From positions 17,186 through 81,185 of the forward strand of contig SVPN01000004.1 in NCBI GenBank assembly GCA_015065805.1: a stretch of 64,000 nt of DNA. Direction: 5' to 3'. The notes under the pieces were generated by a model. The model did not search any database. It saw only the letters and a list, made by a program, of their open reading frames with translations, and was not told the origin of the DNA. This document shows positions 35,870 to 44,378 of this stretch, piece after piece; positions within the stretch are counted from its first letter, which is position 1, and every line of letters starts with the position of its first letter. This stretch comes from Oscillospiraceae bacterium (lineage in GTDB: Bacteria; Bacillota; Clostridia; Oscillospirales; Acutalibacteraceae). The position numbers and the translations under genes were made by a program.

Positions 35870-37445
35870 TCTGTTGAAAAACAGACAAATCCGAATATTC
35901 GTACTTCGCGCGATCGCTTTGGTGCTTTGCACAGCGATGCTTCTTTCGCTGTGCCCGAACAGCTCCTTTTCCGCCCCTGCTGTCTATGCGCAGGGATCGG
36001 TGGAGGATCTGACCGCACAAAAAGAAGCGCTTGCCGCCGAGCAAGCGTTGCTTGCTCAGCAACGCGATGAAACCGCTTCTTCCCTGGAAGAACAAAAACT
36101 CCAGGACGAGATCATTCGCAAACAGATCGAAGCCAAATCCGAAGAGATCGGCATCAACCAGGCGTTGTTAGCCGCCCTTGAGGAAGCGATCGCCTCGAAA
36201 ACCGCGGGCATCGCCGCGCAGGACAGCGCCATCGCCGCACTGGATAAGGAAATCGCACAACAGCAAGCGGATCTGCGCGTTCAGCTGCGCGGCATCTCGC
36301 AAAAAAACGGTGTGCTGTCGGTTCTTCAGCTGATCCTCAACAGCAGTACATACACCGAATATCTCATCGGCTTTAAGGTGTCTGAGCAGATTTCTCAGCG
36401 AAACGAACAGCTTCTGATGCAGCTTGAGCAAAACATCCAAGCCGCTCAAAACGCACGCAACACCCTCAAGACCGACAAGGCGGCGCTGGAGATCGAACAC
36501 TCTCAGGCCGCCGCTGTGCAGGCGGAGCTGGAAAACGGCAAAGCCCACCTGCAACAGCTTTACAACGAATCCCACGCTTTGTCCGAGCAGATGGAGCAAA
36601 ACGTTGAATACCTCAACGAACAGATCGCCGTTATGGAGCAAGAGCAGGCGTATATGCAAAGCACCATTGAGGCGATCAAGGAGCAGATCCGTCTGGAAGA
36701 AGAGGCAAAGCGCCGTGAGGAAGAGGAAAAGAGACGTCAGGAGGAAGAAGAGCAAAAGCGTCTGGAAGAGGAACAGCGCCGTGAAGAGGAAGAAAACGGT
36801 GACAACGAAAGCTCCGATGACGAAAGCTCCGATGACGAAAGCTCCGATGACGACGAGGATCCCTCCGAGGATACCGGATCCGACGGCGAAGACGGCACCG
36901 AGGATGAAAACGATCCCGAGGACGATCCCGAAGATGACTCCGAGGACGATCCCGAGGATGACTCCGAGAACGATTCTGAAGACTCTTCGCTTGAAACAAT
37001 GCTTTGGCCCGCTCCCACCTGCCTTGTGATCACCAGCAGCTTTAAACTCCGTGATCTTGAAGAGGACAGCGCGGGTGCCAAATGGCACAACGGTGTGGAT
37101 ATCGCCTGCTACGGTGATGCCGAAGGCGAACCGATCATTGCCGCCGCATCGGGCAAAGTCCGCGTGTCCAACCGCTACGATTCCTACGGCGGCGGATACG
37201 GATATTACACCACGATCGACCACGGCTACGATTCCTACGGCCGACGCATCATCACTCTATACGCCCACTGCAGTGAAGTCCTCGTGTACGAAGGACAGGA
37301 AGTGGAAGCAGGCGAAGTGATCGGCTATGTCGGCAACACGGGCAACTCCTACGGTGCCCACCTGCACTTTGAGGTGCTTGTGGATTTTGTTGCCGTCGAT
37401 CCTACCGACTACCTTGACATCAGCGATATCGACATTTTGGGCTAA
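35853..37445 (+). CDS. Coiled-coil M23 (LytM-type) metallopeptidase, EnvC/PcsB-like candidate FtsEX partner, paralog 1
   Basis: Signal anchor, about 270 aa of heptad-rich coiled coil, then an acidic low-complexity linker and an M23 domain with HxxxD (WHNGVD), YAHC and HxH (AHLHFEV). The GTG start overlaps ftsX; a TTG at 35874 is an alternative start. Confidence 0.85.
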   Translation: MSQLTDLLKNRQIRIFVLRAIALVLCTAMLLSLCPNSSFSAPAVYAQGSVEDLTAQKEALAAEQALLAQQRDETASSLEEQKLQDEIIRKQIEAKSEEIGINQALLAALEEAIASKTAGIAAQDSAIAALDKEIAQQQADLRVQLRGISQKNGVLSVLQLILNSSTYTEYLIGFKVSEQISQRNEQLLMQLEQNIQAAQNARNTLKTDKAALEIEHSQAAAVQAELENGKAHLQQLYNESHALSEQMEQNVEYLNEQIAVMEQEQAYMQSTIEAIKEQIRLEEEAKRREEEEKRRQEEEEQKRLEEEQRREEEENGDNESSDDESSDDESSDDDEDPSEDTGSDGEDGTEDENDPEDDPEDDSEDDPEDDSENDSEDSSLETMLWPAPTCLVITSSFKLRDLEEDSAGAKWHNGVDIACYGDAEGEPIIAAASGKVRVSNRYDSYGGGYGYYTTIDHGYDSYGRRIITLYAHCSEVLVYEGQEVEAGEVIGYVGNTGNSYGAHLHFEVLVDFVAVDPTDYLDISDIDILG

Positions 37446-37481
37446 GCCCTTCGTGCTATAATTCAGAAAGTAGGTACTTTT

Positions 37482-38798
37482 GTGTTCGATTCTTACAAAT
37501 CATTCGCTTTGCGCATACTTTGTGTTCTGTTATCCCTTGCCTTGCTGGCGGGCAGTGCGGTCTGCGTATATGCAGAGGACAGCATCGACGAACTGACTTC
37601 ACAAAAGGACGATCTTGCTCTTCGTCAGGAAGAGCTTGCCGCCAAGCGCGACGAAGCGGCTGCTTCGCTGGAAGAACAACAGGAGCAAAGCAATGTGATC
37701 CGTGAGCAGATTGCCGCAAAGTCCGAGGAGATCGCACTCAACGAACAAATCCTGACAGAACTGGACCGAAAGATCCGAAACACCTCGGAGATGATCGCCT
37801 CAAAAGAGGAAGAAATTGCAAAGCGGGAACAGGAAATCCATCTGCGCCGCGAGACCCTTCGCACACGTCTGCGTGCCATCTCAAAAAAGAGTGTGTTGTT
37901 GTCCTTTTTTCAGTTCCTGTTCGGCAGAAATTCTTATGCGGATTTTTTGATGGGGTTTAAAGTGACCGAACGTGTCTCCGAAAACGACCAACAGATGATG
38001 GATGCACTGGAAGCCGACATCGCCGCACTGGAAACCGCCAAAAACAAGCTCAAAACCGACAAGGCCGCTCTGGAGATCGAACGCAGTCAGGCGGAAGCGA
38101 TCCGTAACGATACAGCACAAGACAAAGATTCTCTCCAACAGCTTTACAACGAATCCGACGCACTCGCGCAGGAAATGGCACAGGATGTGAACTACCTGCA
38201 ACATCAACTCGATGAAACCCTCTCAAAGCAACAAGCGCTTCAGACGGAGATCGATGCGATTCTTGAACGTATTCGTGCCGAAGAAGAAGCCGCACGCAAG
38301 GAAGCGGAAGAAAACGGCGAGGAATACCGTCCTTCCGATGACCTGATCTTCACGGGAAACGGCGACGGCACCATGCTTTGGCCGACTCCCACCTGTCCCG
38401 TCATCACCAGCAGCTTCGGCTGGCGCGAATGGAGCGAGACCTGGCACAAGGGCATTGATATTGCGTGCTACGGTGACGCCGAAGGAGAACCGATTGTTGC
38501 CGCGGCAGACGGGGTCGTCCACGTATTCTATGACGAATACGGCTACGGCAATTATATCACAATTGACCACGGCTATGACAGCGACGGTTGCCGTGTTCTG
38601 ACGGTGTATGCCCACTGCAGTCGTGTAGATGTCTCCTACGGCGATACCGTTACCGCCGGTCAACAGATCGGTCTTGTGGGAGACACCGGCAGATCCGATG
38701 GTGCTCATCTCCATTTTGAGGTCAATATTGACGGTGTCGCCGTTGATCCGATCTCAAACGGCTATCTGACAACGGACGGCATCGACGTCCTGAACTGA
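37482..38798 (+). CDS. Coiled-coil M23 metallopeptidase, paralog 2
   Basis: Same architecture as paralog 1: WHKGID, YAHC, AHLHFEV. The GTG start follows AGAAAGTAGGT. Confidence 0.85.
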   Translation: MFDSYKSFALRILCVLLSLALLAGSAVCVYAEDSIDELTSQKDDLALRQEELAAKRDEAAASLEEQQEQSNVIREQIAAKSEEIALNEQILTELDRKIRNTSEMIASKEEEIAKREQEIHLRRETLRTRLRAISKKSVLLSFFQFLFGRNSYADFLMGFKVTERVSENDQQMMDALEADIAALETAKNKLKTDKAALEIERSQAEAIRNDTAQDKDSLQQLYNESDALAQEMAQDVNYLQHQLDETLSKQQALQTEIDAILERIRAEEEAARKEAEENGEEYRPSDDLIFTGNGDGTMLWPTPTCPVITSSFGWREWSETWHKGIDIACYGDAEGEPIVAAADGVVHVFYDEYGYGNYITIDHGYDSDGCRVLTVYAHCSRVDVSYGDTVTAGQQIGLVGDTGRSDGAHLHFEVNIDGVAVDPISNGYLTTDGIDVLN

Positions 38799-38831
38799 TC
38801 TGCCGCATATTACCACACAGCGACCCTCTCT

Positions 38832-40148
38832 TTGTCGCTGTATCGAGAAAGTAGGTGTTGCGATTTGAATCGTGTATTCTGTGTCGCTCAACCGTTTATA
38901 AAATGTCTGTGTGTTCTGCTGGCTATGTCGGTGCTTCTCAGCTCCGTTTCCGTATTTTGGGAGAACGCTCCCGCTTCGGTTTGCGTTTCTGCAGAGGAAA
39001 GCGAAGAGGAACTGCGTGATCAGAAGGAAGAACTGCAACAAAAGCAGGAGGAGTTAGAGGCACTTCGGAACGAATCCGCCGCCACACTCGAAGAGCAGGA
39101 AGCACAAAAGGATATCATCTCCGAACAAATCGCTCTGAAAATTGAAGAGATCGAACTCAATCAACAGCTTGTCAACGAGATGGATGCCAAAATCGAGGAT
39201 GCCAATTATCAGATCGCCCTCAAACAGCAATCCATCGCCGAAAAGGAAGCCGAGATCGCCGTGGCTTTTGAAGCACTGCAGGTTCGCCTTCGCGCCCTCT
39301 CCAAAACCGGCTCTCTCACCTCTCTCCTTCAGATGATCATCAGCTCCGACGGTTTTCTTGATTATCTCCTGAAAGCCAAGGCAATGCAACGTCTTGCAAA
39401 AGAAAACGAACGCCTGATGCAGGAGCTGGAAGGCGAAATGCAGGCGATCAATGCACAAAAAGATGCTTTGGAAGCAGAAAAAGCCAAGATCGAAGAGGAA
39501 CGCAAGCCGATCGTTCAGCTCCAGACAGACCTGAACAACGCCAAGATGGACCTGGATGTGCTTTACAGTGAGGCAAACGCCATCACCGAAAAGCTTAACC
39601 AGGACATTGATCATTACAACGCCGCCATCGCACAATCCGAAGCGGATCAGGCGGCACTGGAAGAAAAGATCAACGAGCTGCTGATGCAAAACGCCGGCAG
39701 CGGTCAGGCATACCTGAGCGGCTCGATGTACTGGCCCGCTCCCAGCTGTAACTACATCTCCTCCACCTTCAAGTTCCGCTGGGGCAAATGGCACAACGGC
39801 ATCGACATCTGCGGCGGCGGTTGCTACGGCACCTCCGTTGTAGCGGGTGCCGACGGTATCGTCACCTACGCCGACTGGATGAGCGGCTACGGCTGGTGTG
39901 TGATCGTGGATCACGGTACCGATTCCAACGGCTACAACGTTACCACCCTGTACGCACACTGCGCCGAGCTGTATGTGTACGAGGGTCAGTCCGTGTCGGG
40001 CGGCGAAACCATTGCCGCTGTCGGCAGCTCGGGTAATTCCACCGGTCCCCACCTGCATTTTGAGGTGCGTCTTGACGGTTCGGCGGTTGACCCCATCTCC
40101 AACGGCTATGTTTCCACCGGCGGCATCATCATTGACGAGTCGCTGTAA
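38832..40148 (+). CDS. Coiled-coil M23 metallopeptidase, paralog 3
   Basis: Same architecture: WHNGID, YAHC, PHLHFEV. The likely true start is the TTG at 38865, which sits behind the same AGAAAGTAGGT motif seen before paralog 2. Confidence 0.85.
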   Translation: MSLYRESRCCDLNRVFCVAQPFIKCLCVLLAMSVLLSSVSVFWENAPASVCVSAEESEEELRDQKEELQQKQEELEALRNESAATLEEQEAQKDIISEQIALKIEEIELNQQLVNEMDAKIEDANYQIALKQQSIAEKEAEIAVAFEALQVRLRALSKTGSLTSLLQMIISSDGFLDYLLKAKAMQRLAKENERLMQELEGEMQAINAQKDALEAEKAKIEEERKPIVQLQTDLNNAKMDLDVLYSEANAITEKLNQDIDHYNAAIAQSEADQAALEEKINELLMQNAGSGQAYLSGSMYWPAPSCNYISSTFKFRWGKWHNGIDICGGGCYGTSVVAGADGIVTYADWMSGYGWCVIVDHGTDSNGYNVTTLYAHCAELYVYEGQSVSGGETIAAVGSSGNSTGPHLHFEVRLDGSAVDPISNGYVSTGGIIIDESL

Positions 40149-40176
40149 CAGGCTTAACCGAAAGGAACGATTCTTT

Positions 40177-41484
40177 ATGATCCGTTCTTCTTATCTGAAA
40201 ATTGTATTGGCTGTGCAGATCATCGCTCTGGTGATCTGCACATTCCCATACCCTGCCCTTGTCAGCTCGGCACAGGGAACGACCGTTCCGAGCGCACCGC
40301 AATCCATCGGCGAAACCTTTAACCCCGGGGATGCCTCCTATGTGCAATCGCTTGAGGATCAGCGCGCGCAATTACAGCATCAGGCAAACGAATTACAGCA
40401 AGCGCGCCAATTCTATTCTGATTCCTTAGACGGTCTGATCCAGCAAAAAGACAACATCGAAAAGCAGATCACGCTCAAGCAACAGGAGATCGACATCAAT
40501 GCGCTTATTTTGGAAAGCCTCAATGCGCAGATCGACATCACCGACGAACAGCTGATCCTCGCTGAACAAACGATGCTTCTCAAGCGCCAGACCCTGCTGA
40601 CGCGCTTTGAAGAATTGCGTCAAAAGCTCCGCGATCTGTCCAAGGGCGGCAGTATGACGCCGATTCAGATGCTGTTGAATACCGATAGCTTCACGAGCTT
40701 TCTCATCAATATGAAAATGGCATCCCGTATTTCGCAGGCTGATCAGCAAGCGATCAGTGCTCTGGAAACGGAGCTTGCCGAAGTACAGGCACAGCAGGAA
40801 GAGCTGTCACAACAGCAGACCCGTCTTGAGGAAGCGCGCCGACCGCACGAAGCCGCCTCTGTCGAGCTGGAAATCGCCAAAACAGAGCTGCTGTCGCTTC
40901 ACGCGGAATCGATAAAGATCGAAGATATGCTCTCGGAAAACCTGACCTATTACCGCACGCAGTATCTGGAGCTTCTCAACGAACAGCGTAAGCTGCATCT
41001 GCAGCTCACCGATATCCTCGGCAAATACGATATGAGCGGTGTTGCCGCCCCGACCCTGATGTTCTGGCCGACACCCGAATGCACCATTATCACCAGCTCC
41101 TATAAAGCACGCTGGGGCAAGTGGCACTACGGTCTGGACATCGCCTGCTACGGTGACGCAACAGGCAAGTCGGTTCTTGCCGCGGCAGACGGCACCGTGA
41201 TTTTTGCGGGCTATGACGAAAGCGGCTACGGCAATTATGTCATCATCGATCACGGCTACGATGTGTTCGGCAGACGCGTTGTCACTTTGTACGGACATTG
41301 CCACGAATTACTTGTCAAAGAGGGCGACATCGTGCTCGGCGGTCAGACCCGCATCGCCCTTGTGGGAGATACCGGCCGTTCCTCGGGCGCACATCTGCAT
41401 TTTGAGGTGCGCCTTGACGGCTCAGCAGTTGACCCCGTCGGCGAAGGCTTCGTGCTCACCGACAACATCGCCATCGTCGGGTGA
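40177..41484 (+). CDS. Coiled-coil M23 metallopeptidase, paralog 4
   Basis: ORF 39973 trimmed to the ATG at 40177 (MIRSSYLKIVLAV..., signal anchor). It has WHYGLD, YGHC and AHLHFEV. Confidence 0.85.
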   Translation: MIRSSYLKIVLAVQIIALVICTFPYPALVSSAQGTTVPSAPQSIGETFNPGDASYVQSLEDQRAQLQHQANELQQARQFYSDSLDGLIQQKDNIEKQITLKQQEIDINALILESLNAQIDITDEQLILAEQTMLLKRQTLLTRFEELRQKLRDLSKGGSMTPIQMLLNTDSFTSFLINMKMASRISQADQQAISALETELAEVQAQQEELSQQQTRLEEARRPHEAASVELEIAKTELLSLHAESIKIEDMLSENLTYYRTQYLELLNEQRKLHLQLTDILGKYDMSGVAAPTLMFWPTPECTIITSSYKARWGKWHYGLDIACYGDATGKSVLAAADGTVIFAGYDESGYGNYVIIDHGYDVFGRRVVTLYGHCHELLVKEGDIVLGGQTRIALVGDTGRSSGAHLHFEVRLDGSAVDPVGEGFVLTDNIAIVG

Positions 41485-41500
41485 GCAATTTCGATTTTTA

Positions 41501-41529
41501 TTGACAATATTTCTTTAGTTTTGTATAAT
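41501..41529 (+). promoter_or_regulatory. Perfect-consensus sigma-A promoter TTGACA-17-TATAAT
   Basis: The hexamers at 41501-41506 and 41524-41529 and the 17-nt spacer were read directly. It sits in AT-rich DNA 35-53 nt upstream of the TIR-LRR start codons. Confidence 0.7.
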
Positions 41530-41563
41530 TGAAATATGTTCTTTATCTCTGTATATATAATTT

Positions 41564-43240
41564 ATGAAAGGCGTGCTGTTTATGTCTGACTCCAAGCCGA
41601 TGGAAATTGCTCTGGATCCCAACTTTAAAGATGTTCCCGCACCGTTTGATCCCAAAAAAGAATTGCGTGAAGGTGACCCCTTCATTTTTGTGAGTTATTC
41701 ACATCACAATAAAGCACAGGTCTATCCGGTTCTCGATTATCTCCATAACGAAAAAAAATTCCACATCTGGTATGACCCTGCTATGGAATGTGGCGTTCAG
41801 GATTTCCGCGATGAATTACGCAGAAAAATCGAAAGCTGTACAGCTGTTCTTCTGTTCGTTTCCAAAGAATCGATGTCCTCTATCTACTGCGGTATGGAAA
41901 TTATCGTGGCACAAGAGAACCAAAAACCGTTTTATATCGTCCGTCTTGACAAAACCGAATATCCTCCCGCTTTCGAGATTCTGCTCGGAAAAATCCACGC
42001 AATTGACGGAACAAATCCCCAGGCTGCCGGCCGCGATCTCAAAGATGTTCTTCCCCCGGAAACAATGGAACGCCTGATTTACGAAGGCAATGTATTGACA
42101 AGCTGCGAACATTACGGTGCTACTATTGAAATCGGAAAAGAAGCCAGTTTTATCGGTGACAGTGCTTTTCACGGTAATCTCACGCTGGAGAACATCTCCT
42201 TCCCCGAAACGATCCGTGCAATCGGAAAGGAAAGCTTCCGCGGATGCACGAATCTGACCGAAATTCTGATTCCGTATGCAACCGAACGCATCGGTGAAAG
42301 CGCATTCCGCGACTGCACAAGTCTGAAGAAACTGGTTGTGCAAAATCAGTGCATCAAGATCGGCGAGCGAGCTTTTGAAAACTGCTCCACCCTTGAGGAT
42401 GTTCAACTCCCCGAAGGCCTGACCGAGATTTACGGCGGTGTCTTTAACAGTTGCCGCGGCCTGAAACATATTACTCTTCCTAAAATGTTGACTGTTCTCG
42501 GCGAAAGTGCATTTTCGGATTGTTCAAGCCTCACAGATATCGACATTCCCGCCTCCGTAACCAAGATCGACGATCTGGTTTTTAACGGGTGTACTAAACT
42601 GACAACCATCACTCTTCACGAAGGCTTGAAAAAGATCGGTAAAGGTGCTTTCAAAAATTGCTCGGTACTGGAAGAAGTTGAAATCCCGGCGTCTGTTTCA
42701 TTGATCAATGACGCTGTATTCCGCGGCTGTAAAGCTTTGTTTTCCATTAAGGTTTCGCCGAAAAACAAACATTATAAATCTGAGTTGACTTGTCTGGAAG
42801 GTTCTCGTTCTCACGTTCTGTTCAACAAAAACAAGTCCATCTTACTCGCCTACCCGGGTGCCGTTGTTGAGCAGGATTATACCGTCCCCGACAGTGTTGT
42901 TACGATCAGTGACTGGGCCTTCTGCGAAGCAAGAAATCTGTCTAAGGTGATCATTCCCGACAGTGTACAGTCCATCGGTGAAGGTGCATTCTGCAATTGC
43001 ACCAATTTGCTTAGGGTATCGATTCCCGATTCCGTTACACAAATTGATGATTGTGCTTTCCGCGGATGCAGCGGCTTGAAGGAAATCCACATTCCCTCTT
43101 CGGTCGTTGAATTCGGTTGGGGTGTGTTTGACGGTTGTGATGAGCAGCTGAAAGTGTACTGTGAAATGGGTTCTGCGATTGACACCTATTGCAAAGGAAA
43201 CCGTATCAACACGGTATATTTAGATAAAGTTGAGGCATAA
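41564..43240 (+). CDS. Cytosolic TIR domain protein fused to BspA-type leucine-rich repeats
   Basis: Residues ~38-130 are a TIR_2-like domain: PFIFVSYSHHNK...HIWYD...AVLLFVSKESMSSIYCGMEIIVA...PFYIVRL, with candidate catalytic Glu112 (nt 41897-41899). Residues ~185-545 hold about 14 repeats of the I..AF..C..L..I.IP.SV..I pattern (LRR_5/BspA type). No signal peptide or TM segment. An alternative start ATG at 41582 has a better SD (GAAAGG). Confidence 0.8.
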   Translation: MKGVLFMSDSKPMEIALDPNFKDVPAPFDPKKELREGDPFIFVSYSHHNKAQVYPVLDYLHNEKKFHIWYDPAMECGVQDFRDELRRKIESCTAVLLFVSKESMSSIYCGMEIIVAQENQKPFYIVRLDKTEYPPAFEILLGKIHAIDGTNPQAAGRDLKDVLPPETMERLIYEGNVLTSCEHYGATIEIGKEASFIGDSAFHGNLTLENISFPETIRAIGKESFRGCTNLTEILIPYATERIGESAFRDCTSLKKLVVQNQCIKIGERAFENCSTLEDVQLPEGLTEIYGGVFNSCRGLKHITLPKMLTVLGESAFSDCSSLTDIDIPASVTKIDDLVFNGCTKLTTITLHEGLKKIGKGAFKNCSVLEEVEIPASVSLINDAVFRGCKALFSIKVSPKNKHYKSELTCLEGSRSHVLFNKNKSILLAYPGAVVEQDYTVPDSVVTISDWAFCEARNLSKVIIPDSVQSIGEGAFCNCTNLLRVSIPDSVTQIDDCAFRGCSGLKEIHIPSSVVEFGWGVFDGCDEQLKVYCEMGSAIDTYCKGNRINTVYLDKVEA

Positions 43241-43242
43241 CT

Positions 43243-44370
43243 ATGACCGCGTTGCAAACCGTATTAGGATTCATCAAAAAAAACGTGGTTATGACGGTGG
43301 CGCTTTGCGCTGCCGTCATAACCTCCTTTCTTGTACCTATCGATAAAGAGTATCTGGGGTATTTCGATTTCAAAACGCTCACCTGTCTGTTTTGTGTATT
43401 GGCGGTCGTGTGCGCACTTCGGAACATCCGCTTTTTCTACATTCTCGCAAAAAAGATCGTGCAGCTCTTTAAAAATGCCCGTATGAGCATTCTGGGATTG
43501 GTGTATATCACCTTTATCGGCTCTATGCTGATTGCTAACGATATGGCATTGTTGACGTTTCTGCCGCTCGGTTTCTTTGTACTGAGCACAACCGGCAAAG
43601 AAAAATATATGGCGTTCACGTTCATTATGCAAAATATCGCCGCCAACCTTGGCGGTATGCTTACCCCGTTCGGTAATCCGCAAAACCTGTATTTATACAC
43701 CGCCTTTGAAATTCCCAATCTCGAATTTATGGCGATTATGGCGCCACCCTTTATTGTCTCGATTCTTTTGATCACGCTGTGTTGTATTGTTTTCGTAAAA
43801 CCGGAGCCGTTGGAAATTGAGGATGACCGCGCAACACTTCCCGTCGGTCGCACCGTTTTGTATCTTTGCCTGTTCGCATTGTCGATCGTCATTATTTTTC
43901 GCGGTATTCCGTACTGGATCGGCCTGATCATCATTCCGATCGTACTGCTGTTTGCGGACCGTAAAGCCTTGCTGGATGTTGACTATCCGTTGCTGTTCAC
44001 CTTTGTGTTTTTCTTTATTTTTGCAGGCAATATGGCACGCATTGATATCGTCCGTGACTTCTTCTCGACGCTTCTTGAAAAAAGCACACTGCTGTTCAGC
44101 GCTCTTTCCTGCCAGATCATCAGTAATGTTCCCTCGGCGATTCTGCTCTCGCAATTCACCGAAAACTACCGTGATCTTCTGGTTGGTGTTAACATCGGCG
44201 GTGTCGGCACCCTGATCGCATCGCTGGCGAGTCTCATCACTTTCCGTGAGTATACCAAGCACAACCCCGGTAAAGGTGGCTATTATATCAAAGTGTTTTC
44301 CGCTTTCAACTTCGGTTTTCTGGTGATTTTGATCGGCTTTATGATGGTGTGGAATCATTTTGTTATTTAA
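43243..44370 (+). CDS. ArsB/NhaD-superfamily (CitMHS-like) anion/ion permease
   Basis: 375 aa, about 10-11 TM segments. The GSMLIANDMALLTFLP and LTPFGNPQNLYLY motifs are typical of this superfamily. It starts 2 nt after the TIR-LRR stop, behind a GAGG RBS. Confidence 0.65.
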   Translation: MTALQTVLGFIKKNVVMTVALCAAVITSFLVPIDKEYLGYFDFKTLTCLFCVLAVVCALRNIRFFYILAKKIVQLFKNARMSILGLVYITFIGSMLIANDMALLTFLPLGFFVLSTTGKEKYMAFTFIMQNIAANLGGMLTPFGNPQNLYLYTAFEIPNLEFMAIMAPPFIVSILLITLCCIVFVKPEPLEIEDDRATLPVGRTVLYLCLFALSIVIIFRGIPYWIGLIIIPIVLLFADRKALLDVDYPLLFTFVFFFIFAGNMARIDIVRDFFSTLLEKSTLLFSALSCQIISNVPSAILLSQFTENYRDLLVGVNIGGVGTLIASLASLITFREYTKHNPGKGGYYIKVFSAFNFGFLVILIGFMMVWNHFVI

Positions 44371-44378
44371 AAAAGGAG

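Noticed and set aside
35853-41484. The four M23 genes as an assembly duplication artefact or pseudogene series
   Set aside because: The paralogs differ extensively at both the amino-acid and nucleotide level. They have distinct N-terminal anchors. All have uninterrupted reading frames with intact catalytic motifs.
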